A DNA stretch of 64,000 nt from Pseudomonadota bacterium (GTDB lineage Bacteria > Pseudomonadota > Gammaproteobacteria > Pseudomonadales > Oleiphilaceae): positions 214,447-278,446 of the forward strand of contig JBNJLG010000003.1 of NCBI GenBank assembly GCA_051751785.1, given 5' to 3'. Both the position numbers and the translations under genes were made by a program. Numbering within the stretch: the stretch's first letter is position 1; every line of letters begins with the position of its first letter. Under the pieces are notes generated by a model that did not search any database, had not been told where the DNA came from, and was given only the letters and a program-made list of their open reading frames with translations. Shown here in pieces: positions 1-12,297 of the stretch.

Positions 1-1040
1 TCGTAGCAGGCCTTCACCGATTCATACATGGAGCCGACACCAGTACCATGCAACGCAGAAATGAAGTACTTGTCTGCGTAATCAAGGAAATCAAGCCGGC
101 GTGCAACTTGCTCTTTGACCCGGGCACGATCCTCCGGGTCCATGCCATCCCATTTGTTGATGGCAATGACCAGTGACCGGCCGGCATCAAGCACGAAGCC
201 AATCAGGTGAAGATCCTGATCCACCAGCCCCTGGCGGGCGTCGATCACCAGAATCACCACATGGGCATCATCAATCGCCTGCAACGTCTTGATGATGGAA
301 AACTTTTCTACCGCTTCATTGACGTTCTTGCGGCGACGAACACCTGCCGTGTCAATCAGTGTGTATTGCTCGCCGTGCCTTTCATAGGGAATGTACACGC
401 TGTCGCGGGTGGTACCGGGCATGTCGTAAACCACCACCCGTTCTTCACCGAGCATCCGGTTAACCAGCGTGGACTTGCCAACATTTGGCCGGCCCACTAC
501 GCCAATGCGGATACCGGGATAGCGATCCGCCCTGTCCTGTTCTTCCGGATTTTCCGGTTCCGGCAGCAGCTCTTCCAGCATCGACCGGATACCGCGATTG
601 TGAGCTGCGGCAATCAGGAAGTTGGCCTCAAAACCAAGGCTGTAGAAGTCAGCTGCGGCGACATCAGGATCCTGGCCATCGGTCTTGTTGACGACCAGAT
701 AGGCCTGCTTGCCGGAGCGACGCAGGTGGTCGGCAATCATTTCATCGCCAGCGGTCAGCCCCGCACGACCATCCACCAGGAAGAGCACAATATCCGCCTC
801 TTCCACAGCCTGCATGGATTGGCGCGCCATTTCCGCATCAATACCGTCTTCGTCGCCAGCCAGGCCACCGGTATCGATAACAATGAATTTCCGGCCTTCA
901 GAGTAACCCTCCCCGTATTTTCGATCCCGGGTCAAACCCGGAAAATCTGCAACCAGAGCATCCCGGGACCGGGTCATCTGGTTGAACAGGGTGGACTTTC
1001 CAACGTTGGGACGTCCAACAAGGGCAATAACTGGGGTCAT
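1..1040 (-). CDS. der: GTPase Der (EngA), 5' part only; gene runs off the left edge
   Basis: Absent from the ORF track because there is no stop in the window. Reverse-strand ATG at 1040 reads [43 protein letters not shown] (P-loop GRPNVGKS). The same frame stays open to nt 1 and includes second GTPase domain text [41 protein letters not shown]. The + ORF 207-1097 is its antisense shadow. Confidence 0.9.
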   Translation of the reverse strand, partial: MTPVIALVGRPNVGKSTLFNQMTRSRDALVADFPGLTRDRKYGEGYSEGRKFIVIDTGGLAGDEDGIDAEMARQSMQAVEEADIVLFLVDGRAGLTAGDEMIADHLRRSGKQAYLVVNKTDGQDPDVAAADFYSLGFEANFLIAAAHNRGIRSMLEELLPEPENPEEQDRADRYPGIRIGVVGRPNVGKSTLVNRMLGEERVVVYDMPGTTRDSVYIPYERHGEQYTLIDTAGVRRRKNVNEAVEKFSIIKTLQAIDDAHVVILVIDARQGLVDQDLHLIGFVLDAGRSLVIAINKWDGMDPEDRARVKEQVARRLDFLDYADKYFISALHGTGVGSMYESVKACY

Positions 1041-1045
1041 AATGT

Positions 1046-2218
1046 TCAGTCGTCCTGTTCCAGCGTGAGAACAGACATATCTCCGCTGTTTCCATAAACC
1101 AGCAGGTTACCATTTTCCAGCACCTGAACCGGTACGCGGATACCGTCACCATCGAACTTGCGCTGGCCTACCAGCTTGCCATCTTCAGCGGACAGTACGT
1201 GCAGATAGCCCTCGTAATCGCCCACTACCAGATGGTCTCCGGAAACGGCCGGGCGCGTAACCTGACGCCAGGAAAGATTGTCCTGAACCCAAAGCTCACG
1301 GCGATCACTACCCCGCAAGGCGAGAACATCACCATTGGCTGATGCCAGATAGATGTTGCCGCCACCAATCGCGGGTGAGTAATAAGTTGAGGCCGGCCGG
1401 CTCCAGATTTCACGGCCGGAGCGGATATCGATCAACGCCAGCTTGCCCTGATAGCCCGCGACCATGATGGCCGATTCCAGAACCAACGGCTGACCACCAA
1501 TATCGACCAGACGTTCCAGCTCGGTACGCCCCTGGGGCTGACCAACCTGATATTGCCAGATTGGCTGGCCGGCCTCCGAATCAAGCGCAACAACCCGACC
1601 ATTGGAAAATGACGCAATCACAACATCACCACCAACCAACGGTGCGGCCGCTGTGCGCATGGTCAACACCGGCACCTGAGCCTCGTATTGCCAGAGTTGC
1701 TCGCCATTGCTGGCATCGAAGCTGATCAATCGGCCGTCAATGGTCTGAACGGCTACCAGCGAACCGTTGGACTGTGGCGCTGCCAACACTTCGGTGGGCA
1801 GGCCTGCACGCCATTGTTCGCTACCATCTTCACTGGAAAGCGCGATAAGCTCTGCATCACGACTGACCACATAAATCTGACGATTGTCGGCACCGGGGCC
1901 AGCGAAGATACGGTCTTCGAGTTTTTTCTTCCAGTTGGTCTTACCATCTTCGGTATTGACCGACAGAACGACTCCGTCCGCCGCAGCGGCATAAATGGTA
2001 TCACCGGCATACAATGGAGCGAGCTGCAATAAATCGCCATCGTGGCCATCGCCCACGGACCGGCTCCAGACCCGGTCAAACTCGACCGTCTCATCAACAT
2101 CCGGCACAGGATCCGGCTGCTCGAATGTGTCTGTCGTACCACAACCGGCCAGGGTCAGAGCAACGCCCGACAATACCGACAGACACGCAATTCTGCAGGC
2201 AGCCTTCAGCGGCATCAT
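1046..2218 (-). CDS. bamB: Outer membrane protein assembly factor BamB (lipoprotein, PQQ-like beta-propeller)
   Basis: 390-aa ORF. The N-terminal signal ends in the lipobox LTLAGC. Repeated propeller-blade text (DG.L.AL....G...W). The ATG overlaps the upstream stop (ATGA). Conserved position between the yfgM-like gene and der. Confidence 0.9.
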   Translation of the reverse strand: MMPLKAACRIACLSVLSGVALTLAGCGTTDTFEQPDPVPDVDETVEFDRVWSRSVGDGHDGDLLQLAPLYAGDTIYAAAADGVVLSVNTEDGKTNWKKKLEDRIFAGPGADNRQIYVVSRDAELIALSSEDGSEQWRAGLPTEVLAAPQSNGSLVAVQTIDGRLISFDASNGEQLWQYEAQVPVLTMRTAAAPLVGGDVVIASFSNGRVVALDSEAGQPIWQYQVGQPQGRTELERLVDIGGQPLVLESAIMVAGYQGKLALIDIRSGREIWSRPASTYYSPAIGGGNIYLASANGDVLALRGSDRRELWVQDNLSWRQVTRPAVSGDHLVVGDYEGYLHVLSAEDGKLVGQRKFDGDGIRVPVQVLENGNLLVYGNSGDMSVLTLEQDD

Positions 2219-2859
2219 GCATCACCTCCAACGCCAAGATCCGACAGCTTCAGTTCCAGAATACGATTGCTCTCTTCGCTTTGCTCTCTGGCTTCAACAT
2301 AGGCTTCGCGGGCAGCATCGCGGTCACCCATGGCCAGGCGAATATCACCGCGGAGTTCTGAGAACACAGGTGCGAAGGCATCGGCCTCACCAGCGTTATC
2401 CAGTGTTTCCAGCGCAGCCTGATAGTCACCCGCAGCAAACTGGGCTCGCGCCAACCGGTTACGGATGACCATTGTCAGTGCCGGATAATCCGAGGCTTTA
2501 TCCAGCGCCCAGGACAACGAGTCTGCCGCCGCACCCGGATCTTCCTGGGCCATCATCTGCTGACGGGCCAGAACCAGGTTGCCGTAGATGGCATAAGCAC
2601 TGCCGGCGTAATCACTACGCAGGGTTTCGGCAACAAAGGCGACCGTTTCCTGATCTTCTCCTTCGGAAAAAGCATTCAGCAAACTGGCGAACTGGTTAGC
2701 CGCTTCGGCACGTTGCTGTGCCTGATGGTTCTGCCAGGCTTGCCAGCCGAAGACAATCGCCAGAGCGGCACCGATACCAATCAGCAGCGAACTGCCGTTC
2801 CTTTTCCACCAGTCCTTGATCGCCTGGACCTGTTCGTCTTCGGTGCGCAACTCAGCCAT
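2215..2859 (-). CDS. YfgM-like membrane-anchored TPR protein (UPF0070 family)
   Basis: ORF 2215-2865 starts with GTG. The in-frame ATG at 2859 is preceded by AGGAG. One N-terminal TM helix (LLIGIGAALAIVFGWQAW) plus a TPR-like soluble part. Conserved slot between hisS and bamB. Confidence 0.75.
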   Translation of the reverse strand: MAELRTEDEQVQAIKDWWKRNGSSLLIGIGAALAIVFGWQAWQNHQAQQRAEAANQFASLLNAFSEGEDQETVAFVAETLRSDYAGSAYAIYGNLVLARQQMMAQEDPGAAADSLSWALDKASDYPALTMVIRNRLARAQFAAGDYQAALETLDNAGEADAFAPVFSELRGDIRLAMGDRDAAREAYVEAREQSEESNRILELKLSDLGVGGDA

Positions 2860-2905
2860 GAACACTCCTGTCAGTTTTAAAAGTATCTTTGTTCGTCAAC
2901 GCGGC

Positions 2906-4180
2906 CTACACCAGCTTTGAAAGCTCGGCAGCCAGTTCTGCCTGCGGCACTTCCCATTGCGGTTCATCGTCTCGCAAAGGCTTGAGCCCGGCAGTATTGT
3001 TGTTTATCTCGTTCTCGCCAAGAATAACCGCGTAACGGGCACCGCTTCGATCAGCCTTTTTCATCTGGCTTTTGAAACTGCCGCCGCCGCAGTGGCTGAC
3101 CACAACCGCCTGCGGCAATTCGTTCCGCAGGTTTTCCGCAATCGCCAGTGACGCTGCCGCCGCTGAATCGCCCATCGCCGTTACGTATACGTCGGCCTGG
3201 TTATTGACATAACCGGGTACCAGATCCAGCGTTTCCAGCAGCAGAATCAGTCGCTCAAGGCCCATGGCAAAACCGACCGCATCGGTGGGCTTTCCGCCCA
3301 GCTGCTGCACCAGGCCATCGTAACGGCCACCGGCACAGATAGTACCTTGTGCACCCAGACTATCAGTAATCCATTCGAAAACCGTTTTTCCGTAATAATC
3401 CAGACCACGAACCAGCGCCGGGTTGATGGTGTAGATAACGCCGGCGGCGTCCAGAAGCGCTTTGAGCTGCTCAAAGTGAGCGCGGGACTCGTCGTCGAGA
3501 TATTCATCCAGGGCGGGCGCATCGGCAAGAACTTCGCGGGTCGCCGGGTCTTTGCTATCCAGAATCCGCAACGGGTTGGTCGTCAGGCGTCGCTGACTGT
3601 CATCATCCAGCCGGTCTTTATACTGTTCCAGATAGGCAACCAGCGCGTCACGGTAGGTCTTTCTCGACTCGCTGGTACCAATGGAATTGATTTCCAGACG
3701 GGCATGTCCTTCAAGTCCAAAGGCCGCCCACAGGCGGGCCGTGAGAATCAGCAGCTCGGCATCAATGTCGGGCCCGGCCATGCCGAAGCACTCAACACCA
3801 ATTTGATGGAACTGCCGGTAACGGCCCTTTTGCGGGCGTTCATGGCGAAACATGGGGCCGGTATACCAGAGCCGGCGGGTCTGGTTGAACAGAAGACCAT
3901 GCTCTTCAGCGGCACGGACGCAACCGGCGGTACCTTCAGGGCGCAGGGTCAGGCTGTCGCCATTACGATCGTCGAAGGTGTACATTTCCTTCTCGACGAT
4001 GTCGGTCACCTCACCAATGGAACGCTTGAACAATTCCGTCTGCTCGACAATCGGCATCCGGATTTCCTGGTAGCCGTACTGGCCCAGAACCTGTCGTACG
4101 GTGGATTCAACATACTGCCAGACCGGTGTCTGGTCCGGGAGAATGTCGTTCATCCCCCGGATTGCCTTGATTTTAGCCAA
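2906..4180 (-). CDS. hisS: Histidine--tRNA ligase
   Basis: 424 aa, starting [15 protein letters not shown]. Class II motifs [21 protein letters not shown] and [10 protein letters not shown]. Confidence 0.95.
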   Translation of the reverse strand: MAKIKAIRGMNDILPDQTPVWQYVESTVRQVLGQYGYQEIRMPIVEQTELFKRSIGEVTDIVEKEMYTFDDRNGDSLTLRPEGTAGCVRAAEEHGLLFNQTRRLWYTGPMFRHERPQKGRYRQFHQIGVECFGMAGPDIDAELLILTARLWAAFGLEGHARLEINSIGTSESRKTYRDALVAYLEQYKDRLDDDSQRRLTTNPLRILDSKDPATREVLADAPALDEYLDDESRAHFEQLKALLDAAGVIYTINPALVRGLDYYGKTVFEWITDSLGAQGTICAGGRYDGLVQQLGGKPTDAVGFAMGLERLILLLETLDLVPGYVNNQADVYVTAMGDSAAAASLAIAENLRNELPQAVVVSHCGGGSFKSQMKKADRSGARYAVILGENEINNNTAGLKPLRDDEPQWEVPQAELAAELSKLV

Positions 4181-4226
4181 GTTAAAACCCTGATTTACTC
4201 GATGAATAGTTTTTTGCGGGGCGTTG

Positions 4227-5345
4227 TTATTCCGCGGAACGCGCGATCACGGCGTCTTCCTGCTCTTTTCGCTTCGCAACACGCTCACGGATGATCCGTT
4301 CCAGGTCATCGGTGAGAGTGGCATTGTTCAGCTTCTGGTTGGGCTTGCCGTCGAGGTAGAGCAGGTTTTTCGGGCTACCGCCGGTCAGACCCAGATCGGC
4401 GACCTTGGCCTCGCCGGGGCCATTCACGATACAGCCGATAATTGCCACGTCCATCGCGGTGTTAACGTCTTCAAGACGCTCTTCCAGATCGTTCATCGTC
4501 TGGATGACATCAAAGTTCTGCCGGGAACAACTGGGGCACGCAATAAAATTGATACCCCGGCTGCGCAGGCGCAGGCTTTTGAGAATATCAAAACCAACCT
4601 TGATTTCCTGCACAGGATCGGCGGCCAGAGAAACCCGGATGGTGTCGCCAATTCCGTCCATCAACAACATACCCAGGCCGATTGACGACTTGACTGTACC
4701 AGAACGGAAGCCGCCGGCCTCAGTAATACCCAGGTGCAGGGGCTGCTCGATCTGTGAAGCAATCTGGCGATAGGCATCAACGGTCATGAACACATCGGAG
4801 GCTTTCAGACTTACTTTGAAATTCTGAAAGTCATGCTTGTCCAGAATATCAATATGGCGCATCGCCGATTCCACCAGCGCTTCCGGCGTAGGCTCGCCGT
4901 ACTTGCGCTGAAGGCTCTTCTCCAGTGAACCGGCATTCACCCCGATGCGAATCGGAATATCCTGATCCCGTGCGGCGCTTATCACGGCGCTTACGCGATC
5001 ATCCCGGCCGATGTTGCCCGGGTTGATCCGCAGGCAATCCACGCCAAGTTCGGCAACCCTCAGGGCGATCTTGTAGTCAAAGTGGATGTCTGCCACCAAC
5101 GGCAGAGAGACTTGTTCCCGGATCTTGCCGAAAGCCTCGGCCGCCTCCATGGATGGCACCGAAACACGAACAATATCGGCACCGGCATCCTGGATGGCCC
5201 GAATCTGGGCCACTGTGGCATCGACATCGCAGGTGTTGGTGTTTGTCATGCTCTGAACAGCAATGGGCGCACCACCACCAACGGGCACATCTCCCACCAT
5301 AATCCGGCGGGATTCACGTCTCTTTATCGGAGATTCATGTTTCAT
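4227..5345 (-). CDS. ispG: 4-hydroxy-3-methylbut-2-en-1-yl diphosphate synthase (flavodoxin)
   Basis: ORF 4227-5354 begins with TTG; the first ATG is at 5345 ([36 protein letters not shown]). Fe-S Cys ligands in ACPSCSR and GCIVNGPGE. Confidence 0.95.
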   Translation of the reverse strand: MKHESPIKRRESRRIMVGDVPVGGGAPIAVQSMTNTNTCDVDATVAQIRAIQDAGADIVRVSVPSMEAAEAFGKIREQVSLPLVADIHFDYKIALRVAELGVDCLRINPGNIGRDDRVSAVISAARDQDIPIRIGVNAGSLEKSLQRKYGEPTPEALVESAMRHIDILDKHDFQNFKVSLKASDVFMTVDAYRQIASQIEQPLHLGITEAGGFRSGTVKSSIGLGMLLMDGIGDTIRVSLAADPVQEIKVGFDILKSLRLRSRGINFIACPSCSRQNFDVIQTMNDLEERLEDVNTAMDVAIIGCIVNGPGEAKVADLGLTGGSPKNLLYLDGKPNQKLNNATLTDDLERIIRERVAKRKEQEDAVIARSAE

Positions 5346-5383
5346 GGAAAGCAACCAACAATCTGCTGTACGGGCGTTCTGTA

Positions 5384-6412
5384 TCAGGGCTCAAGCGTGA
5401 ACTCTGCCCTGTTGTTTACGGTTCGGATACTGTTCAGGTCAACCGGCTCACCCTGGAACTCCAAAGAATCCAGCGCGCTTACAGCACCCACCACAATGCT
5501 CAGTGGAGCTTCGCCGCTCACTTCCAGAACATCGCCTTCCGTGCGCAGGGAACTGGCCAGACGGTTACCCTCGGCGTCAGTGACCTGCACCCAGCAATCA
5601 TCGTTGAAGCTCATGCGCAGTCGGGCACTGCTCCGGGCAATTTCGTCCGTTGCCGAAGCCGGCTCAGTTACCGTCTCCTGTTCTGGCTCGGCAGCAGCCA
5701 TTTCCGGGTTCACCGGCTCAATCACTTCAGCCACTTCCACCGGACTATCCGATGGTATTCGGGATGCGGCCCCGGCCTCAATTTCCACCGGCGAAACCAT
5801 TACTTCGGAACCACCTGCTTCAGGGGTGCCGGCCCGGGAGTCAGCGGTGAGCAAAGCATCGGGTGCCTCAGTTTCGACGTCAACCGGCTGCTGTGCATCC
5901 TGAATTGGTGGCTCGGCGCTGTCTGTCTGTGCTTCGGGAGCATTTTCACTGGTTTCAGGCGACTGGCCATTACTGAACCCCGGCAACGTCCGACTGCCAT
6001 CGGCGAGGTAGGCCGAGACTGCAAAACCAATCACAATCAGAATGACAATAACCACAACGGCTCTGGCGGCACGTCGTTTGCGGTTTTTTTTCCGCTCAAT
6101 ATCCACCAGCGGATCAGCATCGTGCTGACGTTCACGTTCTTTTCTCAGTGGTTCAAGCTCTGCGTCAAGATCGCGAATAATGGCATCAGCGTTCAGCCCG
6201 ACATGCTGGGCATAGGCCCTGACATACCCCTTGAGGAACAGCTCGGTATCAACCTTGCTGAAATTACCATCCTCAATGGCCTCAATAACGGAAGTGCGAA
6301 GGTGCTGCTGATCGGCTATGGCCGACAAACTCAGACCCTGGCGTTCCCGTGCCCGCCGGAGTTGTTGTCCAACGGGTTCTGCTGCTGTTTTGGGCTGCTC
6401 CTCACTGCTCAT
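5384..6412 (-). CDS. rodZ: Cytoskeleton protein RodZ
   Basis: XRE-type HTH ([30 protein letters not shown]), a single TM ([18 protein letters not shown]), an acidic/Pro-rich linker and a conserved C-terminal domain. The first ATG is at 6412 (the ORF track start is TTG at 6418). Overlaps the pilW stop by 11 nt. Confidence 0.8.
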   Translation of the reverse strand: MSSEEQPKTAAEPVGQQLRRARERQGLSLSAIADQQHLRTSVIEAIEDGNFSKVDTELFLKGYVRAYAQHVGLNADAIIRDLDAELEPLRKERERQHDADPLVDIERKKNRKRRAARAVVVIVILIVIGFAVSAYLADGSRTLPGFSNGQSPETSENAPEAQTDSAEPPIQDAQQPVDVETEAPDALLTADSRAGTPEAGGSEVMVSPVEIEAGAASRIPSDSPVEVAEVIEPVNPEMAAAEPEQETVTEPASATDEIARSSARLRMSFNDDCWVQVTDAEGNRLASSLRTEGDVLEVSGEAPLSIVVGAVSALDSLEFQGEPVDLNSIRTVNNRAEFTLEP

Positions 6413-7187
6413 TGGCAATCAGAACCTTGTATTGTTGATATTCGATAGATTCGGGGAACTGATTTTTCAGCATCATTGCCAGACTTGCTGCCTGATCCCG
6501 ATCGCCATAATGACGAGCTATTCGTATGCCTGTAAAGAGGCTTTCAGAAGAATGCGAGTGTTGCGGACTGCCTTTAATGACAGACTGGAGCCGCCCGTAA
6601 TATCGGGAAGCTGCCGAGTAATCATCCTGTTCAACCAGCACCCGTGAAAGGGCCAGTAATGAACGAGGCTGGCCACGGGTAAGCTCCACTGCTCTGCGAT
6701 ACGCCTTCTCTGCTGCCGCGAGGTTGTTCAGGCGCTCTTCTGACATTCCAAGATTGAAAAACACGCTGCCCCGGTCATCGTAACCGGTGTCCCGGGAGGC
6801 AGCACTGAACTGATCCCTGGCCTCCTCGAAACGGCGCTTGGAATACAGGTAGGCACCATAATAGATGCGTCCACGGGTGTAGCCACTGTCAGCAGCGATG
6901 GATTGACGAAAACTCTTTTCGGCTAATTCATCTTCACCGTCGGCACTGTAAACCAGACCTTCAGCAGCCAGGGCCGCAGCGTTGTTGTCGTCTATTTCCA
7001 GCGCACGATCAAGGTGATGGCGGGCACGGTCCAGATTACCCTGGCCGATGTAGGCCGTTGCCAGCCTGACATAGTTCTCAAGCGCCTTATCCCGATCGGC
7101 TTCGCGGCTGAATCCGCTATCTGTTGTGGTCACACAGCCAGACACCAGCACTGCCAGAGCCAGCATAATTACAGAAACCCACTTCAT
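6402..7187 (-). CDS. pilW: Type IV pilus biogenesis/stability TPR lipoprotein PilW (PilF of Pseudomonas)
   Basis: ATG at 7187 preceded by AAGGAAGG gives MKWVSVIMLALAVLVSGC (lipobox), followed by TPR repeats. Conserved slot between rlmN and rodZ. Confidence 0.75.
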   Translation of the reverse strand: MKWVSVIMLALAVLVSGCVTTTDSGFSREADRDKALENYVRLATAYIGQGNLDRARHHLDRALEIDDNNAAALAAEGLVYSADGEDELAEKSFRQSIAADSGYTRGRIYYGAYLYSKRRFEEARDQFSAASRDTGYDDRGSVFFNLGMSEERLNNLAAAEKAYRRAVELTRGQPRSLLALSRVLVEQDDYSAASRYYGRLQSVIKGSPQHSHSSESLFTGIRIARHYGDRDQAASLAMMLKNQFPESIEYQQYKVLIANEQ

Positions 7188-7242
7188 GGAACCTTCCTTT
7201 GCCATCAACAAACACCTTGTCCAGAATAGCATCGGCAACTGC

Positions 7243-8355
7243 TCAGGGCGCTACCTGTTGTACTGCGATATGCCGCTGGCTTCTGCGGGTACGGTCGTCT
7301 ACGCGCCCGACGAGCTGGCCACAAGCAGCATCGATATCGTCACCCCGGGTTGTCCGGATGGTCGTTACGTATCCTGCCTCGTTCATCACTTTCTGGAACC
7401 GGCGGGTGGCGTTCATGCTTGGACGCTTGAAATCACTCTCCGGGAACGGGTTGAACGGAATCAGGTTAATCTTGCACGGCAGATCCCTGAGCACTACCGC
7501 AAGCTCTCTGGCGTGCTCCGGCTGATCGTTCACGCCTTCAATCACGGTGTACTCGATGGTGGCCTTGCGCTTGTCAGGCAAACGGGCCATGTAACGCTTG
7601 GTCGCAGCCAACAGTTCCGCGATCGGATACTTTTTATTCAATGGCACCAGTTGATTTCGCAGCTCATCGTTCGGGGCGTGCAACGATATGGCCAGAGATA
7701 CATCTGTCACCTCACCCAGCTTGTCAATTGCAGGCACCACACCGGAGGTGCTCACGGTGACCCGACGCTTGGAGATGCCGTAGGCAAGATCTTCCATCAT
7801 CAGATTCATGGCATCGACAACATTGTCGAAGTTCATCAGCGGCTCGCCCATCCCCATCATTACCACATTGGTAATGGGGCGATCCGGGCCTGGCTCGAAC
7901 GGCATGAAAGCCTTGCGGGCCACCCATACCTGGCCGATGATTTCAGCAGCGGTAAGGTTGCGATTAAAGCCGCGCTTGCCAGTGGAACAAAAGGTACAGT
8001 CCAGCGTGCAACCAATCTGTGATGACACGCACAGGGTGCCTCGCTCACCATCAGGAATCAGCACAGTCTCGACACTGTTGCCGTTATCCATGCGCATAAC
8101 CCATTTGCGGGTACCATCTTTCGACGTTTCGTCGTAGATAACCTCCGGGCCACGAATTTCAGCAACCTGTTTGAGCTTTTCCCGCAGCGACTTGCTCATA
8201 TTGGTCATTTGATCGAAGTCATCCGCACCGCGCTGGTGGATCCACTGAAGGATCTGCTGAGCACGAAAACGTTTTTCTCCAATTTCCTCGAAGAAGGCCT
8301 CAAGCTTTGCCTTGGGCATCCCCAGGAAGTTGGTTTTTTCGGCAGCGGCAGTCAT
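7243..8355 (-). CDS. rlmN: 23S rRNA/tRNA adenine-C2 methyltransferase RlmN (radical SAM)
   Basis: 370 aa. Radical-SAM [11 protein letters not shown], with the second catalytic Cys in DIDAACGQL. Confidence 0.95.
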   Translation of the reverse strand: MTAAAEKTNFLGMPKAKLEAFFEEIGEKRFRAQQILQWIHQRGADDFDQMTNMSKSLREKLKQVAEIRGPEVIYDETSKDGTRKWVMRMDNGNSVETVLIPDGERGTLCVSSQIGCTLDCTFCSTGKRGFNRNLTAAEIIGQVWVARKAFMPFEPGPDRPITNVVMMGMGEPLMNFDNVVDAMNLMMEDLAYGISKRRVTVSTSGVVPAIDKLGEVTDVSLAISLHAPNDELRNQLVPLNKKYPIAELLAATKRYMARLPDKRKATIEYTVIEGVNDQPEHARELAVVLRDLPCKINLIPFNPFPESDFKRPSMNATRRFQKVMNEAGYVTTIRTTRGDDIDAACGQLVGRVDDRTRRSQRHIAVQQVAP

Positions 8356-8375
8356 GAAATAACCTCGATCAGATA

Positions 8376-8407
8376 ACCAATACAGAGGTGGCCTTACGCC
8401 ACCTCTG
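8376..8407 (-). terminator. Hairpin between ndk and rlmN
   Basis: 10-bp perfect stem CAGAGGTGGC (8383-8392) / GCCACCTCTG (8398-8407) with a 5-nt loop. On the minus strand it is followed by TATTGGTTAT, a moderately T-rich tail. Confidence 0.55.
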
Positions 8408-8418
8408 AAACAACAATC

Positions 8419-8847
8419 TCAGCCGCGCGGGCAGATTTCGTTGTCATTGAAAAAATACGCAATTTCGCGCTCGGCAGACTCGGCGGAGTCAGAACCGTGA
8501 GCAGCGTTAGCATCGATAGACGTTGCGAAATCCGCACGAATGGTGCCTGGCTCCGCTTCTTTCGGGTTAGTTGCACCCATCAGATCACGGTTTTTCAGGA
8601 TGGCGCCTTCGCCTTCGAGAACCTGAACAACAACCGGGCCGGAGGTCATGAACGCAACCAGATCGTTAAAGAATGGGCGTTCTTTGTGCTCGGCGTAAAA
8701 CCCTTCAGCCTGCTCCTGGGTCAGGTGCATCATTTTGGCAGCGACTACTTTCAGGTCAGCTTTCTCAAAACGGCTCAGGATTTCGCCAATCACGTTTTTA
8801 GCGACGGCATCGGGTTTGATAATGGAGAGCGTGCGCTCGTTTGCCAT
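8419..8847 (-). CDS. ndk: Nucleoside diphosphate kinase
   Basis: 142 aa, [15 protein letters not shown] ... NAAHGSDS (active-site His). Confidence 0.95.
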   Translation of the reverse strand: MANERTLSIIKPDAVAKNVIGEILSRFEKADLKVVAAKMMHLTQEQAEGFYAEHKERPFFNDLVAFMTSGPVVVQVLEGEGAILKNRDLMGATNPKEAEPGTIRADFATSIDANAAHGSDSAESAEREIAYFFNDNEICPRG

Positions 8848-8915
8848 GGTATTGCTCCAATTGATGGGTGTTGGAAATTCAGAGCCGAGATTATACGCGG
8901 TAAGGCAACAACTGC

Positions 8916-10064
8916 CTACCGTAGCGATCGAAGCCGCTGCACCACTTCACTTATTTGCTGGCAGGCGAAGTCCACTTCTTCCTCTGTGGTAAAGCGCCCG
9001 AATGAAAACCGCAGCGCCCGGTGCGCCAACTGATCGCTCACACCAATGCCACGCAATACGTAAGAAGGCTCCATTGCCGCCGAAGCACAGGCAGAACCTG
9101 ACGACACTGCAAGATACCGCAAACCCAGCATCAGTGATTCGGCTTCAACGCCTTCGAATGACAGATTGACAATGCCCGGCACCCGTTGTTCCTCACTGCC
9201 GTTAAAATGCACACCTTCCAGTTGAGCAAGCCCGCTGAGAAAGCGTTGGCGCAACCGTTCCAGCCTGGGCACCTCATCCTCAAGGCACCGACCGGCCACA
9301 TCAAAAGCCCTGCCCATTCCCACAATCTGATGTGTCGGAAGTGTTCCGGAGCGCATGCCCCGCTCATGGCCTCCGCCGTGAATCTGCGCTTCAAGACGTA
9401 CTTCCGGCGCCCTGCGCACATACAAGGCACCGACACCCTTCGGGCCGTAAACTTTGTGAGCTGAAAGCGATAGCAGGTCCGCTTTGAGGGTCTTCACGTT
9501 TACCGGTAACTTCCCGGCCGCCTGGGCAGCGTCAACATGCAACAGCACGCCCCGCTCACGCAGCGCCTCACCAATCGTGGCAATGTCTGTCACACAGCCA
9601 AGTTCGTTATTAACGAGCATCAGGCTGACCAGCACCGTATTGTCCCGAAGTGCCTCGATCACCTCTTCCGGCGCCACCCGGCCGTCAGGGCCCGGGTTGA
9701 GCCAGGTGATTTCCACACCCTGCTGCCCCAACCAGTGACAGGTATCAATAACTGCCTTGTGCTCAACCGTTGAGGTAATAATGTGGGCATTCTGATGCAG
9801 CGCGGCTACACCCTTGATCGCCAGATTGTCAGACTCGGTGGCTCCGGATGTCCAGACGATCTCACGGGGATCGGCATGAATCAGGTCCGCCACCTGGCGG
9901 CGCGCATTCTCTACCGCGGCTTCCGCCTGCCAGCCAAAACTGTGGGTACGGGATGCAGGGTTACCGAAAATTCCGTCCTGGGTCAGATAGCTGACCATTT
10001 CATCGGCAACAGCGGGATCAACGGGCGTGGTAGCCGCATAGTCCAGATAGACGGGCTTTTTCAT
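8916..10064 (-). CDS. iscS: Class I cysteine desulfurase (IscS/NifS type, short C-terminus)
   Basis: 382 aa, [20 protein letters not shown] lysine in [10 protein letters not shown] and active-site loop SSGSACAS. Directly downstream of iscR. Confidence 0.85.
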   Translation of the reverse strand: MKKPVYLDYAATTPVDPAVADEMVSYLTQDGIFGNPASRTHSFGWQAEAAVENARRQVADLIHADPREIVWTSGATESDNLAIKGVAALHQNAHIITSTVEHKAVIDTCHWLGQQGVEITWLNPGPDGRVAPEEVIEALRDNTVLVSLMLVNNELGCVTDIATIGEALRERGVLLHVDAAQAAGKLPVNVKTLKADLLSLSAHKVYGPKGVGALYVRRAPEVRLEAQIHGGGHERGMRSGTLPTHQIVGMGRAFDVAGRCLEDEVPRLERLRQRFLSGLAQLEGVHFNGSEEQRVPGIVNLSFEGVEAESLMLGLRYLAVSSGSACASAAMEPSYVLRGIGVSDQLAHRALRFSFGRFTTEEEVDFACQQISEVVQRLRSLR

Positions 10065-10091
10065 GATGTCTGATGTTCGGGATGTTGGTTA

Positions 10092-10577
10092 TCAGGCTGA
10101 CGCCTGGTCTGTCAGACGACGAGTATTGATCGCCTCCGACTGCTTCTGATTTTGCCGGTCGGCAACGTGCTGGATTTCGTGCTTGCGCATCAGATCCCCG
10201 AGGCTGATCTCACTGAGGAATCTGTGGATTCTGTCGCTCAGGTCAGCCCACAAGTGGTGAGTAAGGCACTTTTCACCATTCTGACAATCACCCTTGTTAC
10301 CACATCGCGTGGTGTCCAGGGATTCGCTGACGGCATCAACCACTTCGGCAATAAAGACGTCATCCGCAGACCGGCTGAGACGGTATCCACCGCCCGGTCC
10401 ACGGACACTTATCACCAACTCGTGCCTGCGCAAACGCGAGAACAGCTGCTCCAGATAGGAAAGCGAAATTTCCTGACGAGCTGAAATGTCCGCAAGGCTC
10501 ACCGGCCCTTCGCCTCCATGCAGAGCCAGGTCGAGCATTGCCGTTACGGCGTAACGGCCTTTTGTGGTCAGCTTCAT
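10092..10577 (-). CDS. iscR: Fe-S cluster assembly transcriptional regulator IscR (Rrf2 family)
   Basis: 161 aa, [20 protein letters not shown] (wHTH). Cluster ligands C-x5-C-x5-C-x2-H in [18 protein letters not shown]. Confidence 0.85.
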   Translation of the reverse strand: MKLTTKGRYAVTAMLDLALHGGEGPVSLADISARQEISLSYLEQLFSRLRRHELVISVRGPGGGYRLSRSADDVFIAEVVDAVSESLDTTRCGNKGDCQNGEKCLTHHLWADLSDRIHRFLSEISLGDLMRKHEIQHVADRQNQKQSEAINTRRLTDQASA

Positions 10578-10630
10578 AGCGCCAGCCCCGGTAATGGGAA
10601 TGAGTCTCGAGTTGTAGCGCCGAGTATGGG

Positions 10631-10655
10631 TTGACCCAGCAAAACAGTCAAGTAT
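10631..10655 (-). promoter_or_regulatory. Putative IscR type-1 operator upstream of iscR
   Basis: Minus strand ATACTTGACTGTTTTGCTGGGTCAA compared with the recalled consensus ATASYYGACTRwwwYAGTCRRSTAT. The left half matches 15/15; the right half is poor (about 19/25 overall). A second ATACTCGG-containing stretch follows at about 10602-10626. Confidence 0.35.
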
Positions 10656-11432
10656 TCAGCTCCGCGGGGGCTTTTCTTCATCCTGCACGCAGTCGAAATC
10701 CTCGTCATGCAGGGGCGGCAGCTCCCCGTTCTGATACTCGCTGTTCACCTTCCGTAGTGCCTTGCACATATTTTCAATACGATCATCGACCGCATGCATG
10801 TGATCCAGCAATGCCCGCATGGACCTGGCAACCGGGTCCGGCATTTCCTCGGTTACGCCATAGGCATCGAAGCCCATGCGCTCCTCCATTTCTTTACGCC
10901 TGGAATTATCTTCAGACTGGCGTTTAACGATGGCCTTCCCGGGGATGCCCACCACCGTGGCTCCGGCGGGAACCGCCTTGGTAACAACTGAGTTCGAACC
11001 GATCTTGGCACCCTCGCCTACCTCAAAAGGCCCGAGAATCTTGGCGCCGGCACCGACCACAACGCCATTGCCGATGGTGGGGTGGCGTTTGCCTTTGTTC
11101 CAGCTGGTACCGCCCAGGGTAACGCCCTGATAGAGAGTAACGTCATCGCCGATGATGGTGGTTTCACCCACCACGACGCCCATACCGTGATCAATAAAAA
11201 ATCGTCGCCCGATGGTGGCGCCCGGATGGATCTCGATTCCGGTAAGCCAGCGGGCAAGTGTTGAAATCGTCCGGGCCAGCCATTTCAGGCCCAGATTCCA
11301 CAACCAGTGAGCAAACCGGTGAAACAGAAGTGCATGCAACCCCGGATAGTTGGTCAATACTTCAAAGGTATTCCGGGCCGCCGGGTCCCGATGAAACACG
11401 CTGTTTATATCTTCACGCAAACGTTCAAACAT
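10656..11432 (-). CDS. cysE: Serine O-acetyltransferase
   Basis: 258 aa with the left-handed beta-helix hexapeptide region [43 protein letters not shown]. Confidence 0.9.
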   Translation of the reverse strand: MFERLREDINSVFHRDPAARNTFEVLTNYPGLHALLFHRFAHWLWNLGLKWLARTISTLARWLTGIEIHPGATIGRRFFIDHGMGVVVGETTIIGDDVTLYQGVTLGGTSWNKGKRHPTIGNGVVVGAGAKILGPFEVGEGAKIGSNSVVTKAVPAGATVVGIPGKAIVKRQSEDNSRRKEMEERMGFDAYGVTEEMPDPVARSMRALLDHMHAVDDRIENMCKALRKVNSEYQNGELPPLHDEDFDCVQDEEKPPRS

Positions 11433-12297
11433 GATCTTTTTCCTGGCCTTCGTCTGTGGACTGGACGACAGTGGAGTTGTGCTGACTTTCAGCCTGTCGG
11501 GTACCGGCGGCTTTCTGCACCGAGGTCAGAATGCCCCTGAGAATATTGATCTCCATCTGATCAAGATGCGCTCGCTGAAACAAGCGCCGCAAACGGGTCA
11601 TCAATTGGCGCGGATTATCGCGACGATGGAACTCCACTTCCTGTAAAACCTGCTCGAGATGCCCGTAAAAGCCTTCCACATCGCTAACATTGGCAGGGGG
11701 AACATCCCAGCCGGGATCTCCGGGCGCTACCATGGAATCAAGGTAGGGGCTGGACTCGCCCTCTTCAAGGCTGCGCAAGTAGTGCATGCGCAATTCATAA
11801 CAAATCACCTGCACCGCCATAGACAGATTGAGCGAACTGTAGTCCGGATTCGATGGAATATGAATATGGTAGTGACAGCGCTGCAACTCTTCATTCGACA
11901 GGCCGTTATTTTCACGCCCGAAGATCAACGCTACCTGCCCCCGGGCACTATGCTCGGAAGCCGTCGCCGCAGCCTGGGGCGGAGCAACGACAGGCCAGGG
12001 AACCTTCCGGCCCCGGGCACTGGTGCCCATCACCAACACACAATCGGCCAGAGCTTCATCCAGCGAGCCGACAACCTGCGCCTTATCCAGAACATCTGAC
12101 GCACCCGCAGCTCGGGCGTACGAGGCTTCGTCCGGAAAGGACGCGGGGTTAACCAGCCAGAGATTGGCCAGACCCATGTTTTTCATGGCCCGCGCGACGG
12201 CTCCGATATTGCCGGAATGGGAAGTTTCCACCAGAACGATCCGGATCTGGTCATTGAAGGTATCGGTGCCTTCAAGGGGCAATGCGGGTTTGTGCAT
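11425..12297 (-). CDS. trmJ: tRNA (cytidine/uridine-2'-O)-methyltransferase TrmJ (SpoU family)
   Basis: 290 aa, [25 protein letters not shown] ... [16 protein letters not shown]. Overlaps the cysE start by 8 nt. Confidence 0.85.
   Translation of the reverse strand: MHKPALPLEGTDTFNDQIRIVLVETSHSGNIGAVARAMKNMGLANLWLVNPASFPDEASYARAAGASDVLDKAQVVGSLDEALADCVLVMGTSARGRKVPWPVVAPPQAAATASEHSARGQVALIFGRENNGLSNEELQRCHYHIHIPSNPDYSSLNLSMAVQVICYELRMHYLRSLEEGESSPYLDSMVAPGDPGWDVPPANVSDVEGFYGHLEQVLQEVEFHRRDNPRQLMTRLRRLFQRAHLDQMEINILRGILTSVQKAAGTRQAESQHNSTVVQSTDEGQEKDHV

Noticed and set aside
207-1097. 296-aa + strand ORF
   Set aside because: It lies entirely antisense to der, whose reverse-frame translation shows unmistakable GTPase motifs. 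The + product is low-complexity with no motifs. This is a typical shadow ORF of GC-rich coding DNA.
3347-4294. 315-aa + strand ORF
   Set aside because: Antisense to hisS; no motifs.
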